Assembly: GCA_934141475.1 (NCBI GenBank)
Contig: CAKPCG010000005.1
Coordinates: 1,962 to 65,961, forward strand
Length of the DNA: 64,000 nt
Direction: 5' to 3'
Origin: an uncultured Clostridia bacterium
Lineage (GTDB): Bacteria > Bacillota > Clostridia > TANB77 > CAG-508
Shown in pieces: positions 19,573-29,892 of this stretch (position 1 is its first letter; the number at the start of each line of letters is the position of its first letter). A program made the position numbers and the translations under genes. A model generated the notes under the pieces. The model worked only from the letters and a program-made list of their open reading frames with translations. It was not told where the DNA came from and did no database searches.

Positions 19573-19647
19573 ATGGCTAAAGGTAAAAAAAATAAAAACA
19601 ACAATAGTAATAGCAATAACAGCAATAGTAATGAAAATAATCAATAA
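19573..19647 (+). CDS. Small ORF of 24 codons encoding a basic Asn/Ser-rich peptide MAKGKKNKNNNSNSNNSNSNENNQ
   Basis: GGAGGTG lies 7 nt upstream of the ATG and a terminator hairpin follows directly. Too short for the ORF track. Confidence 0.45.
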   Translation: MAKGKKNKNNNSNSNNSNSNENNQ

Positions 19648-19654
19648 TATAAAA

Positions 19655-19690
19655 TAGCCGGCTTTTTATAAAAACCGGCTTTATTTTTTA
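19655..19690. terminator. Hairpin terminator after the small ORF; also lies downstream of the convergent minus-strand gene
   Basis: AGCCGGcttttt..aaaaaCCGGCT followed by TTATTTTTT. Confidence 0.5.
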
Positions 19691-20185
19691 AGCAAATATA
19701 CAATACAAAATAAAAGTAATTACTGCTGTTTTTTGTAACTCTTCGTTTGTAAATACATCTTTAAATAGATTTGCAACAGATATTATTTCGTTTTGTGTTT
19801 CTTCACTATCATCAACAATATCTACAGTATAACTTGCTATATTTTCTGCTGTAAAATATGTTACAAATTTTTTAGGTTCATTAACTGTTGTGTTTTCTAT
19901 TTTCATAAATTTTACTCCAGCCAAATTTCCTTTTTTTGTATATATTTGAACTTTAATATATTTTCCTTCTAAATTGTTTTCATCACTACTTGTTACTTCT
20001 CCAAATATTCTTCCATTTACTTTTGTTGCTTGTGCTAAATCTATTTTTATTTGGCAAGATATATCTTCTTTGGCATCTATATTTTTGTATGTTGCATTTA
20101 ATCCTATGTATATCATTAATGATGAAAATAAATAAAATAATATAAACCATATTATATATTTTCTAAATGTTTTTAATCTTCCCAT
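19688..20185 (-). CDS. Hypothetical membrane-anchored protein
   Basis: ORF track. N- and C-terminal hydrophobic helices; no recognised motif. Confidence 0.5.
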   Translation of the reverse strand: MGRLKTFRKYIIWFILFYLFSSLMIYIGLNATYKNIDAKEDISCQIKIDLAQATKVNGRIFGEVTSSDENNLEGKYIKVQIYTKKGNLAGVKFMKIENTTVNEPKKFVTYFTAENIASYTVDIVDDSEETQNEIISVANLFKDVFTNEELQKTAVITFILYCIFA

Positions 20186-20391
20186 TTTACTTCCTCCAAA
20201 TCTCTCTTATATCTATATTTTACTATAATTATACAATTTTTTCAATCTTTTTAAGTGATTTTGTACTATTATGCGATTTAAAACTATTAATTTTATTACC
20301 ATTTTTTTATAATTTTTTATTTGTGTACTGATTTTTATTATTTTTTTGTATACAATATTAATTATTTATATAAGAAAGGATGAAGTAATAT

Positions 20392-20571
20392 ATGGAAAAA
20401 TTAAAAATAGAAAAAGTTTTGAAAACAAATGATAGCGTTACTCGTACAATTAGAATAAGTGGATCTACCTTTGATAAAATAAATGAATTAGCCTTAAAAA
20501 ATGAAATAAGTTTTAACTGTGTTGTTAATCAAATAATTGAGTTTGGCTTACTTAATTTAGATGAAAAATAA
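20392..20571 (+). CDS. Small ribbon-helix-helix (CopG/Arc-like) DNA-binding protein, 59 aa
   Basis: Own translation gives MEKLKIEKVLKTNDSVTRTIRISGSTFDKINELALKNEISFNCVVNQIIEFGLLNLDEK. The pattern is a beta-strand (TRTIRIS) followed by two helices. One codon below the ORF-track cutoff. Confidence 0.55.
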   Translation: MEKLKIEKVLKTNDSVTRTIRISGSTFDKINELALKNEISFNCVVNQIIEFGLLNLDEK

Positions 20572-20580
20572 TGTAAAAAA

Positions 20581-20618
20581 TTGGAATAGCTTTATTCTTA
20601 AGCTATCCCAATTTTTTT
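20581..20618. terminator. Bidirectional terminator between the RHH ORF and gatB
   Basis: TTGGAATAGCTT-loop-AAGCTATCCCAA (one mismatch), followed by a T7 run on the plus strand and preceded by an A6 run. Confidence 0.6.
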
Positions 20619-22059
20619 ATTTATTAATTTCTTCTATAAACATTTTATTTAGCATTTGTGGATTTGCTTTTCCTTTTGTTTCTTTCATAGCTTGTCCTAC
20701 TAAAAATCCTAATGCTCTATCTTTTCCTGCTTTATAATCTGCTATAGATTGAGGGTTATTTTCTAGTACTTTTAGTACTACTTCTTTAATTGCTCCTTCA
20801 TCAGAAATTTGAATCCAACCTTTTTCTTTTATAATTTCTTCTGGCTCTCTTGGATTTTCAAACATTTCTGTTAGTACTTTTTTGGCTATACTTGAACTAA
20901 TTGTTCCTTTGTCAATTAAAATTACTAAATTTGCAAGTTCTTTAGCAGTAAATGGTATTTCTCTTGGTTCCATTTCTTTTTCATTTAAAATTCTTGAAAT
21001 ATCAGATATAATCCAATTGCTAACTGCTTTATGGTTTTTACATATTTTACTTGCATCTTCAAATAAGTTTGATAAATATTTTGAAGATACTATTATTCCA
21101 GCATCTTTTTCAGACATATTATATTCATTTCTGTATCTTTCATATCTGCTTTCTGGAAGTTCTGGTAAGTTATTTTTAACATTTTCTATATATTCTTCAG
21201 ATAATTTAATTGCAACTAAATCTGGATCTGGGAAATATCTATAATCTTGAGCATCTTCTTTATCTCTCATAGGGAATGTTTTTCCAGAAACATCATCCCA
21301 TCTTAGAGTTTCTTGCTCTATTACTCCTCCATCTTCTAATACATCTATTTGTCTTTCTACTTCATATTCAATTGCTCTTGTTATACTTCTAAATGAATTC
21401 ATATTTTTCATTTCTGTACGAGTTCCAAGTTTTGTATCTGTTTTCTTTTTTACAGATACATTTACATCTGCTCTTAAAGATCCTTCTTGCATTTTGCAAT
21501 CTGAAACTTCTATATATTCCAAAATAGATTTTAATTTTTTTAAGTATTTATCTACTTCTTCTGGTGAAGATAAATCTGGTTCAGAAACCATTTCTATTAG
21601 AGGTACTCCAGCTCTATTTAAATCTACTAAACTTCCACCTCCAAATTCATCGTGGTTTAATTTTCCTGCATCTTCTTCTATATGAATTCTAAGTAATCTA
21701 ATTTTCTTTTTATTTCCATCTTTGTCGTCTATTTCTATATATCCATGTTCACAAAGTGGTTGATCATATTGTGAAATTTGATATGATTTTGGTAAATCTG
21801 GATAATAATAATTTTTTCTATCATTTTTACTATTTCTTGAAATTTCACAGTTTGTTGCTAATCCTGCTTTTACCGCATATTCAACAACTTTTTCATTTAA
21901 AACAGGTAGCGTTCCTGGCATTGCCATACATATTGGACATGTATGTGTATTTGGACTAGCTCCAAATGATGTTGGACATGAACAAAATATTTTTGTTTTT
22001 GTTGATAATTCTGCATGTACTTCTAGTCCTATTACTACTTCATAGTCTTCTCTTGACAT
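20617..22059 (-). CDS. gatB: Asp/Glu-tRNA amidotransferase subunit B
   Basis: YEVVIGLEVHAEL..KIFCSC, 480 aa, last gene of the aspS-gatCAB run. Confidence 0.95.
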   Translation of the reverse strand: MSREDYEVVIGLEVHAELSTKTKIFCSCPTSFGASPNTHTCPICMAMPGTLPVLNEKVVEYAVKAGLATNCEISRNSKNDRKNYYYPDLPKSYQISQYDQPLCEHGYIEIDDKDGNKKKIRLLRIHIEEDAGKLNHDEFGGGSLVDLNRAGVPLIEMVSEPDLSSPEEVDKYLKKLKSILEYIEVSDCKMQEGSLRADVNVSVKKKTDTKLGTRTEMKNMNSFRSITRAIEYEVERQIDVLEDGGVIEQETLRWDDVSGKTFPMRDKEDAQDYRYFPDPDLVAIKLSEEYIENVKNNLPELPESRYERYRNEYNMSEKDAGIIVSSKYLSNLFEDASKICKNHKAVSNWIISDISRILNEKEMEPREIPFTAKELANLVILIDKGTISSSIAKKVLTEMFENPREPEEIIKEKGWIQISDEGAIKEVVLKVLENNPQSIADYKAGKDRALGFLVGQAMKETKGKANPQMLNKMFIEEINK

Positions 22060-22111
22060 TTTTGTTTTCCTCCTTTTTAGATTTTATATTTTTCCAAATA
22101 AAATATTTTTT

Positions 22112-23593
22112 CTATTTTTTAAATTCTGGCTTAAAGCTATCTCTAAACTTAACTTTTTGTTCAAAAGTATATGCTACATTTAATATTTTCTCTTCTTCAA
22201 ATTTATTACCAATTAACTGCATTCCAACTGGCATGCCTTTACCATCTACTCCACAAGGTATTGAAATTGCTGGAATTCCTGCAATATTTACAGAAACTGT
22301 ACAAATATCTGCTAAATACATTTCTAATGGATTGTTTGATTTTTCTCCAATATCAAAAGCTGTAACTGGTGATGTTGGTGTAAGAATTACATCATATTTT
22401 TCAAATGCTTTGCTAAATTCATTTGATACAAGTGTACGAACTTGTTGAGCTTTTTTATAATATGCGTCATAATAACCTGATGAAAGCACATAAGTTCCAA
22501 GAATTATTCTTCTTTTTACTTCAGCTCCAAATCCTTCACTTCTTGATTTTTTGTAAATTTCTTTTAAATTAGAATAATTTGGAGTTCTATATCCATATCT
22601 TATTCCATCAAATCTACCTAAATTTGAACTGGCTTCTGCACAAGCAATTATATAATATGTTGCTAAAGCGTATTTTGCAACGTCTAATGAAAATTCTTCT
22701 ACTTCTGCTCCTAATTCTTTGTATGTTTCAATAGCTTTTGTAAGTTCTTTTTTAACTTCATCATTTATACCCTCTCCAAAGAATTCTTTTGGAACACCTA
22801 TCTTTAAGCCTTTTACATCATTTTTTAAAGCCTTTGTATAATCTTTTTTCTCTATATCTTCTGATGTAGTATCTTTTTCGTCATGACCTGCTATTAAATT
22901 TAAAAGCATGGCACTATCTCTAACATCTTTAGTAATAGGTCCTATTTGGTCTAAACTTGATGCAAATGCAACTAAACCATATCTTGAAACTAAACCATAA
23001 GTTGGTTTTAATCCTACAACTCCACATAGTGATGCAGGTTGACGTATACTTCCACCAGTATCACTACCTAATGCCCAAGGCACCATATTTGCTGCAACAG
23101 CTGCTGCAGAACCTCCTGATGAACCACCAGGAACTTTATTTAAGTTCCATGGATTTTTTGTTTTCTTAAAATATGAGCTTTCTGTTGAACTTCCCATTGC
23201 AAATTCATCCATGTTTAGTTTTCCTAAAGATATTATATTCTCATCTTTTAATTTTTCTATAACTGTTGCATCATATGGAGAAACAAAGTTTTCTAGCATT
23301 TTTGAAGAACATGTTGTTCTTGTTCCTTTTACACATAAATTATCTTTTATTCCTATTGGAATGCCTGCATATTCTCCTAAATTCTCTCCATTTTCAATTT
23401 TTTCTTGTATTTTCTCAGCTTTACTTTTTGCTTCATCTAAACTTGTTGTTACAAAAGCTTCTACTTCTGGCTCTTTTTCATTTATTCTATTACAATAACT
23501 TTCCATTATTTCTTTTATTGTAATTTCTTTGTTTTTTAATTTTTGTTGTAATTCATGAACTGTTAATTCTGTTATATCCATTTTTATCAACAT
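22112..23593 (-). CDS. gatA: Asp/Glu-tRNA amidotransferase subunit A
   Basis: Amidase signature [12 protein letters not shown]. The start may be the fifth codon (MDITEL). Confidence 0.95.
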   Translation of the reverse strand: MLIKMDITELTVHELQQKLKNKEITIKEIMESYCNRINEKEPEVEAFVTTSLDEAKSKAEKIQEKIENGENLGEYAGIPIGIKDNLCVKGTRTTCSSKMLENFVSPYDATVIEKLKDENIISLGKLNMDEFAMGSSTESSYFKKTKNPWNLNKVPGGSSGGSAAAVAANMVPWALGSDTGGSIRQPASLCGVVGLKPTYGLVSRYGLVAFASSLDQIGPITKDVRDSAMLLNLIAGHDEKDTTSEDIEKKDYTKALKNDVKGLKIGVPKEFFGEGINDEVKKELTKAIETYKELGAEVEEFSLDVAKYALATYYIIACAEASSNLGRFDGIRYGYRTPNYSNLKEIYKKSRSEGFGAEVKRRIILGTYVLSSGYYDAYYKKAQQVRTLVSNEFSKAFEKYDVILTPTSPVTAFDIGEKSNNPLEMYLADICTVSVNIAGIPAISIPCGVDGKGMPVGMQLIGNKFEEEKILNVAYTFEQKVKFRDSFKPEFKK

Positions 23594-23703
23594 TCCTTTC
23601 TTTCAAGGCATAAAATTTGATTAAAATATTGTATTTTACAATTACTTTTCAAACTTTACCTCCTTGTTCTATTTAAGTTCAGTTTTTTATTTTTAAATTT
23701 ATG

Positions 23704-23991
23704 TTAATTTATAACTTTTGGTATTTTAAACATATTTTGTTCCTTTGATGGAGCATTTGCAAGTAAAGCTTCATTGTCTTCAAATACCTTAATTTCGTCT
23801 TTTCTAAATCTATTTTTAGCTTCATTGCTACCAATTGTAATTGCTAAATCGTCAACTGGTGCATTATTTACAACCTCTGCAAAATTTAGGATATCTTGTA
23901 AATTTTCTAAATAATTTTCTATTTCGTCATCTTTTAATGTTAGTTGGGCAAGATTTGCAATATGCAACAATTCTTCTTTATTAACCTTCAT
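23704..23991 (-). CDS. gatC: Asp/Glu-tRNA amidotransferase subunit C
   Basis: 95 aa, HIANLAQLTLKDDE.. pattern, positioned between aspS and gatA. Confidence 0.9.
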   Translation of the reverse strand: MKVNKEELLHIANLAQLTLKDDEIENYLENLQDILNFAEVVNNAPVDDLAITIGSNEAKNRFRKDEIKVFEDNEALLANAPSKEQNMFKIPKVIN

Positions 23992-24027
23992 TTTTTACCT
24001 CCTAATAATTAAATTTTTATAATTTTT

Positions 24028-25776
24028 TTACTTCTTTAAAACTTCTATATGAACATCTCTTAGTTGTTGTCTTTTTACATTTCCTGGTGCTCCCATCATT
24101 AAGTCTTCTGCTTTACTATTTAATGGAAATGCTATTACTTCTCTTATTGTTTCTGAATCTGTAAGTAACATAAGCATTCTATCAATTCCAGGTGCAATTC
24201 CAGCATGTGGTGGAGCTCCAAATTGAAATGCAGTATATAAGGCTCCAAATTTTGTTTTTACTTCTTCTTCTGTATATCCTGCCATATTAAATGCTTTTAA
24301 CATTATTTCTATGTCATGATTTCTTACAGCTCCTGATGATAATTCAATACCATTACATACTATGTCATATTGATATGCTAATATATCAAGTGGATTTTGA
24401 TGTTCTAAGGCATCTAATCCTCCTTGTGGCATTGAAAATGGGTTATGACTAAATGATATTTTATTTTGATCATCTAATTCAAACATAGGAAAGTCTATTA
24501 TCCAACAAAATTGGAATTCATCTTCATTTATTAAATCTAGTCTTTTTCCTAGTTCTGTTCTTATTTGACCAGCTAATTCTGTTGCTCTTTTTTCTGTGTC
24601 TGCTATGAAAAATATTGTATCATTTTTTTCTAATTCTGCCAAGCTTAAAAGCTCTTTTTTTAGTTCTTCTGGTATAAATTTATCAATCGGTCCTTTAAAA
24701 CTTAAATCTTCTTGAACTTCTAAATATCCAAGCCCTTTCATTCCAATTTTCATTGCAAACTCTAGCATTTTTTCATGAAATCCTTTAGACATATGTCCAC
24801 TTACTTTTATGGCTCTTACTGTTTTTCCAATAAATGCTTTAAATGTACATTTTGAGAAAAATTCTGATAAGTCAATTATATACAAAGGATTTCTTAAATC
24901 TGGTTTATCTGAACCATATTTTAACATTGCATCTTTGTATGTTATTTTTGGAAATGGATATTTTGCAATTCTCTTTTTAGAAAATTTTTTAAATGTATTA
25001 TACATTACTGGCTCTATAACTTCAAATACATCCTCTTGCGTACTAAAGCTCATTTCCATATCTAGTTGGTAAAATTCACCTGGTGCTCTATCTGCTCTTG
25101 CATCTTCATCTCTAAAACATGGTGCTATTTGGAAATATTTGTCTATTCCAGAAACCATTAGCAATTGTTTAAATTGTTGTGGTGCTTGTGGAAGTGCATA
25201 AAATTTTCCTGGATGTAATCTACTTGGAACTAAATAGTCTCTTGCTCCTTCTGGTGATGAACTCGTAAGTATTGGTGTTTGCACTTCTAAAAAGCCTTGT
25301 TCTATCATTTGTGATCTTAAAAATTGTAATACTTCTGCACGCATTTTTAAGTTATTTTGTAATTTTTGACTTCTTAAGTCTAAATATCTATATTTTAATC
25401 TAACATCTTCTCTTACTTCTTGATTTGAGTTTACCTCAAATGGTAAGTTTTTTGTTCTTTTTCCTAAAACTTTGATTTCTTCGATATAAATTTCAACTTC
25501 TCCTGTTTTTAATTTAGGGTTTCTTGTTTCTTCTGCTCTTTTTCTAACTGCTCCATATACTGTTACAGCCGATTCTATAGGAATATGAGATACTTCGTCT
25601 ACATCTTGTGAATCTTTAGATGTTACAACTTGTGTTATTCCATACATATCTCTAATATCCAGAAAAACTAATCCTCCTAAATCTCTTATTGTTTCTACAA
25701 ATCCTGCTATTCTAACTTTTTTTCCTACATCTTCTAATGATATTTCATTACATGTATGTGTTTTAAATTTGCTCAT
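24028..25776 (-). CDS. aspS: Aspartate--tRNA ligase, probably non-discriminating given the linkage to gatCAB
   Basis: Class II motifs FRDED..R..EFYQLD and GIDRMLMLL; 582 aa. Confidence 0.92.
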   Translation of the reverse strand: MSKFKTHTCNEISLEDVGKKVRIAGFVETIRDLGGLVFLDIRDMYGITQVVTSKDSQDVDEVSHIPIESAVTVYGAVRKRAEETRNPKLKTGEVEIYIEEIKVLGKRTKNLPFEVNSNQEVREDVRLKYRYLDLRSQKLQNNLKMRAEVLQFLRSQMIEQGFLEVQTPILTSSSPEGARDYLVPSRLHPGKFYALPQAPQQFKQLLMVSGIDKYFQIAPCFRDEDARADRAPGEFYQLDMEMSFSTQEDVFEVIEPVMYNTFKKFSKKRIAKYPFPKITYKDAMLKYGSDKPDLRNPLYIIDLSEFFSKCTFKAFIGKTVRAIKVSGHMSKGFHEKMLEFAMKIGMKGLGYLEVQEDLSFKGPIDKFIPEELKKELLSLAELEKNDTIFFIADTEKRATELAGQIRTELGKRLDLINEDEFQFCWIIDFPMFELDDQNKISFSHNPFSMPQGGLDALEHQNPLDILAYQYDIVCNGIELSSGAVRNHDIEIMLKAFNMAGYTEEEVKTKFGALYTAFQFGAPPHAGIAPGIDRMLMLLTDSETIREVIAFPLNSKAEDLMMGAPGNVKRQQLRDVHIEVLKK

Positions 25777-25789
25777 TTGGCATCTCTCC

Positions 25790-26045
25790 TTTAAACTTAG
25801 TTTTTAGTTTAGCAGATAAAACAAAAACGTCCTCTGCTAAAAATGCAGGGACGAATAATAATTTCTATATTATATCCGCGGTACCACCCAAGCTTGAAAG
25901 TTTTACCGTTAAAACCTTTCCTCTTTAAAATATTGCTCCAATGTGTTTCGGATTTAGCATGTTTTCTAAAAGGGCTCACAGCCGACGACCCTTATTCTCT
26001 TGTAGTAACCTTTGCTACCTTTGCATCTTCATCGCAATTTTATGG
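25790..26045 (-). promoter_or_regulatory. T-box riboswitch leader controlling aspS-gatCAB
   Basis: The minus strand contains UUGCGAUGA (stem I GA motif), AGAGA, the T-box core AGCUUGGGUGGUACCGCGG (plus 25876-25894), and the terminator CGUCCCUGC..GCAGAGGACG followed by UUUUUGUUUU. Confidence 0.85.
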
Positions 26046-26052
26046 TATATAT

Positions 26053-26079
26053 ATTATACCCATTTTTTTAATTTGTCAA
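26053..26079 (-). promoter_or_regulatory. Promoter of the T-box/aspS operon
   Basis: Minus strand reads TTGACA, then TATAAT at 15 nt or TAATAT at 17 nt. Confidence 0.55.
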
Positions 26080-26099
26080 TACTTTTTTTGTAAACATAA

Positions 26100-27356
26100 T
26101 TAAATTTCACTTCCAGCTACAAAACCTGTTGAATATGCAATTTGTAAATTAAATCCTCCTGTATAGCTATCTACATCCAAAACTTCACCTGCAAAATAAA
26201 GTCCTTCAATTTTTTTAGATTCCATTGTTTTAGGATTTACTTCTTTTATGTTTATTCCTCCTGCTGTAATAATTCCATCTTCTATTTTTCTAAAATTCTT
26301 TATTGTGACTTTAAATCCTTTTAATAATTTAATTAAGTTCAGTCTTTCTTGTTTTGTTATAGAATTTACTTGTTTTTCTTTATCTATTCCAGAATATTCA
26401 ATTATTATTGGGATTAATTTTTGTGGTAATAGTTTATCTAAACTATTTTTGAAACTTTTATTTTTAAATTCTTCAAAATCCCTTAAAATTCTATCATTTA
26501 ATTTTTCTTCTGTTAAGGCTGGTTTTAAATCAATTTGAAGTTTAATTTTTTTGTTTTTTAATAATTCATCTATATTTTTATATCTTACTAAATGGGCTGA
26601 TGCACTTAATATTACGGGTCCAGATACTCCAAAATGTGTAAATAACATTTCTCCAAAGTCCTCATATATTTCTTTCTTTTTGTTTTCATCTACAAGTTTA
26701 ATTTTTACATTTCTTAGGCTTAATCCTTGTAAACTTTGGTGTAAATCTTGTTCATATGTTTCAAGTGGTACAAGAGATGGTTTTATATTTACTATTGTAT
26801 GACCTAGTTTTTTTGCCATTTCATATCCATCTCCTGTTGAACCTGTTAATGGATAACTTTTTCCACCTGTTGCAAGTATTACTTTATCTGCTTTTATTAT
26901 GTCATTATTTTTGCATTTTACTCCTATAACTTTGTTATTTGAGTCTATAATGATTTCTTCTACAGGCATTTGATATATAATTTTTACATTTTTTAAACTT
27001 TTTAACTTTTTCTCAAAACAATTTAGTACATCTTGAGATTTATCTGTTATAGGAAAAATCCTATTTCCTCTTTCTTCTTTTACTTCTAATCCTTGTTCTT
27101 TTAGAAATTGTATTATATCTTGATTTGTAAAACTATTAAATGCACTATATAAAAACATTCCATTTCCTGGTGTGTTTTTTATAAAATCTTCCATCGGCAA
27201 AGAAGATGTAATATTACATCTTCCTTTACCTGTTATTAATAGTTTTTTTCCTAAACTTTTATTTTTTTCTAATAATATAACATCATTTCCGTTTTCTGCT
27301 GATGTTATAGCAGACATCATACCTGCTGGTCCTCCACCTATTACTACTACTTTCAT
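26100..27356 (-). CDS. BaiN/HI0933-like NAD(P)/FAD-dependent oxidoreductase
   Basis: VVVIGGGPAGMMSA..LLEKN..LGKKLLITGKGRCNITS. Confidence 0.8.
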   Translation of the reverse strand: MKVVVIGGGPAGMMSAITSAENGNDVILLEKNKSLGKKLLITGKGRCNITSSLPMEDFIKNTPGNGMFLYSAFNSFTNQDIIQFLKEQGLEVKEERGNRIFPITDKSQDVLNCFEKKLKSLKNVKIIYQMPVEEIIIDSNNKVIGVKCKNNDIIKADKVILATGGKSYPLTGSTGDGYEMAKKLGHTIVNIKPSLVPLETYEQDLHQSLQGLSLRNVKIKLVDENKKKEIYEDFGEMLFTHFGVSGPVILSASAHLVRYKNIDELLKNKKIKLQIDLKPALTEEKLNDRILRDFEEFKNKSFKNSLDKLLPQKLIPIIIEYSGIDKEKQVNSITKQERLNLIKLLKGFKVTIKNFRKIEDGIITAGGINIKEVNPKTMESKKIEGLYFAGEVLDVDSYTGGFNLQIAYSTGFVAGSEI

Positions 27357-27797
27357 TTAAAATATACTCCCTACTATAATTCCAATTAACGCACCCACAA
27401 ATACTTGAAATGGTGTATGACCTAAAACTTCTACAAGCCTTTCTTGTACTTGGACTCCTGTAAGTCCTGGAGTTTCTATTATTTTATTTAACAATGTTGC
27501 TTGTTTTCCAGCAGCTCTTCTTACACCTGCTGCATCATACATAACAACACAAGAAAATACTAGTGATAATGCAAAAGCCCAACTATCAAAGCCTACGTCT
27601 TTTCCAACTAGTACTGTTATTGCCATAACAATTGCCGAATGTGAACTTGGCATTCCTCCAGCTCCCATAATTCTTTTAAAATTTAGTCTTTTTGTTGCAA
27701 CTAAATCCCATATAACCTTAAATATTTGTATTGCAAGCCATGTAAAAAATGGCACCCATATATATTTATTGTGTATTAGTTGTGTTAAAACATCCAT
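27357..27797 (-). CDS. Divergent PAP2 (YuiD/DUF212) family membrane protein
   Basis: GGMPSSHSA motif; 146 aa, multi-TM. Confidence 0.75.
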   Translation of the reverse strand: MDVLTQLIHNKYIWVPFFTWLAIQIFKVIWDLVATKRLNFKRIMGAGGMPSSHSAIVMAITVLVGKDVGFDSWAFALSLVFSCVVMYDAAGVRRAAGKQATLLNKIIETPGLTGVQVQERLVEVLGHTPFQVFVGALIGIIVGSIF

Positions 27798-27947
27798 ATA
27801 TTACAGCTTATGCTATTTTAGCATTCAGCTTCCTCCCTTCTATTATTTACCATGTCCCTTTATTTCTTTACTGAAGATATTTTTATTTTCTTTCTCTTAT
27901 TACTATTTTTTTATTTTTATCTTCTTTTTTTCTATTTTTATGTTATT

Positions 27948-28169
27948 TTATTCTTCAGCAATAAAATTTTCTTCTTTTATTTCACCATTGTTTTCTAATA
28001 TGAGAGTTATTCTTTTTTCTGCGTTTTCCAATAATTTACTGCAGTCTTTAGAAATTTTCATTCCTTCTTCAAATTTATTTACAGATTCTTCAAGGCTTAA
28101 GTCACCTTTTTCAAGTTCTGCAACTATTTTTTCTAAGTCTGATATTTTTGTTTCAAAATTTTCTTCCAT
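27948..28169 (-). CDS. xseB: Exodeoxyribonuclease VII small subunit
   Basis: MEENFETKISDLEKIVAELEKGDLSLEESV.. The ATG at 28169 follows AAAGGA. The ORF track extends to 28190. Confidence 0.85.
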   Translation of the reverse strand: MEENFETKISDLEKIVAELEKGDLSLEESVNKFEEGMKISKDCSKLLENAEKRITLILENNGEIKEENFIAEE

Positions 28170-28209
28170 ATTTTTCTTTCCTTTCAGCATAATTTTTTCT
28201 TTCTATAAT

Positions 28210-29404
28210 TTACATTATTTTTGCTTTTTTATTTCCATCAGATAATTTTATATCTATTTCATCACCTGAATTTAGTTCTTTATTAGATTTTACCATTTTA
28301 CCATTTTTTTCTATTATAGAAAATCCTCTACTTAATGTTTTTAATGGACTTAAAGCATCTAATTTTAACACACTACTTTGAAATCTCTTTTCTACATCTT
28401 TTTGTTTAATTATTATAGCATTTTCCATTTGCTTTATATATCCATCCAATTTTATATAATTATTTTGCATATTTTGCATAGGATCCGAAAATACCTTTGA
28501 TTTTGTTAAATTAGTATATTTTAATTTCATTAATTCTACTTTTTTATTTAAACTTATTCTAGCTCTTTCTTTTAATGTATTTATTTTATTTTTCAACTCA
28601 TATGTATCTGGATTTGCAAGTTCTGCCGCTGCAGATGGTGTTGGTGCTCTTAAATCTGCAACAAAATCTGCTATTGTAAAATCTGTTTCATGCCCTACCG
28701 CAGAAATTATTGGTATATCAGAATTATATATTGCTCTTGCTACTATTTCCTCATTAAAAGGCCATAAATCTTCTAAAGAGCCTCCTCCTCTTGCTAAAAT
28801 TATTACATCTGCCAATTTTTTTTCATTCATTGTTTGAATTCCATTTACAATCTCTTTTGCAGCTCCTGGTCCTTGAACTGGCACTGGTAAAAGTCTTATA
28901 TAGCAATTGGGATTTCTTCTTGTAGAAACATTTATTATATCTTTTATTACAGCTCCTGTTTTTGAAGATAATACACCTATTATTCTTGGTTTTAAGGGTA
29001 TTTTCTTTTTATGTGAAACATCAAAAAGTCCCTCTTTTTCCAAGTCTCCTTTTAGTTTTTCATATGCAGTATATAAATCTCCGAACTCCCTGTTCTTCCA
29101 TTGCTTTTACATAAATTTGGTATATTCCATCTCTTTCAAAAACAGACACTCCACCTAATACAACTACCTTCATTCCATCTTTTGGCTTGAAATTAATTCT
29201 TTCACTATATGTTTTAAACATTATACATTTTATTAAAGATTTTTCATCTTTTAAGGTAAAATAAAAGTGCCCTGTGTAATGTGCTTTAAAATTTGATATT
29301 TCTCCTTTTACAATAACTGCATTTAATGCCTCATCTCCTGCTATTTTTTGTTTTATATATAAATTTAAATCTGAAACACTAACTGCCATTGCTTCATAAT
29401 TCAT
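28210..29404 (-). pseudogene. xseA: Exodeoxyribonuclease VII large subunit, interrupted as sequenced by one extra C (plus 29083)
   Basis: ORF pieces are 29060..29404 and 28210..29043. Removing the C of GTT-CGG gives ..AMEEQGV|GDLYTAYEKLKGDLEKEGLFD.., the conserved XseA linker. The length of 1195 nt equals 1194+1. Confidence 0.85.
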
Positions 29405-29477
29405 TTTATTTCACCTCTTCTATTTTATTCAAAATAAGGACAAATCTTAAATTTTTATTTAAGACTTGCCCACATTT

Positions 29478-29882
29478 TTACATTTCTTTAACAACTTTTG
29501 CCAAAGCTCCATTTATAAACTTACTTGACGTTTCTTCTCCATATGTTTTTGCAAGCTCGACAACTTCGTTTATTTCTACTTTATATGGGATATCTTTGTA
29601 TTTTATTTCATATATTGCAAGCTTTAATAGACTTAAATTAATTTTAGAAATTCTGTCTATTTTCCAGTCAGATGTCAAAGAATTTTCTACTATTTTGTTT
29701 ATTTCTTCTTCATTTTTCTTAATTCCGTGTATACAATCATTTATGTATTCTATTGCATCTTGCTCTGTTATGTCATTGTTTTTTATATATAATTCTATTT
29801 GCTCATCTAAATTTTCTTCTTTTTGAATCTCTAAACTGTATATTAATTTAAATGTTAAATCTCTTATTTCTGATCTCTTCAT
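29478..29882 (-). CDS. nusB: Transcription antitermination factor NusB
   Basis: 134 aa with a typical NusB helix pattern and conserved position next to xseA. Confidence 0.85.
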   Translation of the reverse strand: MKRSEIRDLTFKLIYSLEIQKEENLDEQIELYIKNNDITEQDAIEYINDCIHGIKKNEEEINKIVENSLTSDWKIDRISKINLSLLKLAIYEIKYKDIPYKVEINEVVELAKTYGEETSSKFINGALAKVVKEM

Positions 29883-29892
29883 TTTTTACCCC

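Noticed and set aside
25843-26103. 86-aa plus-strand ORF.
   Set aside because: It overlaps the minus-strand T-box leader and promoter of aspS, and the conserved T-box core lies inside it.
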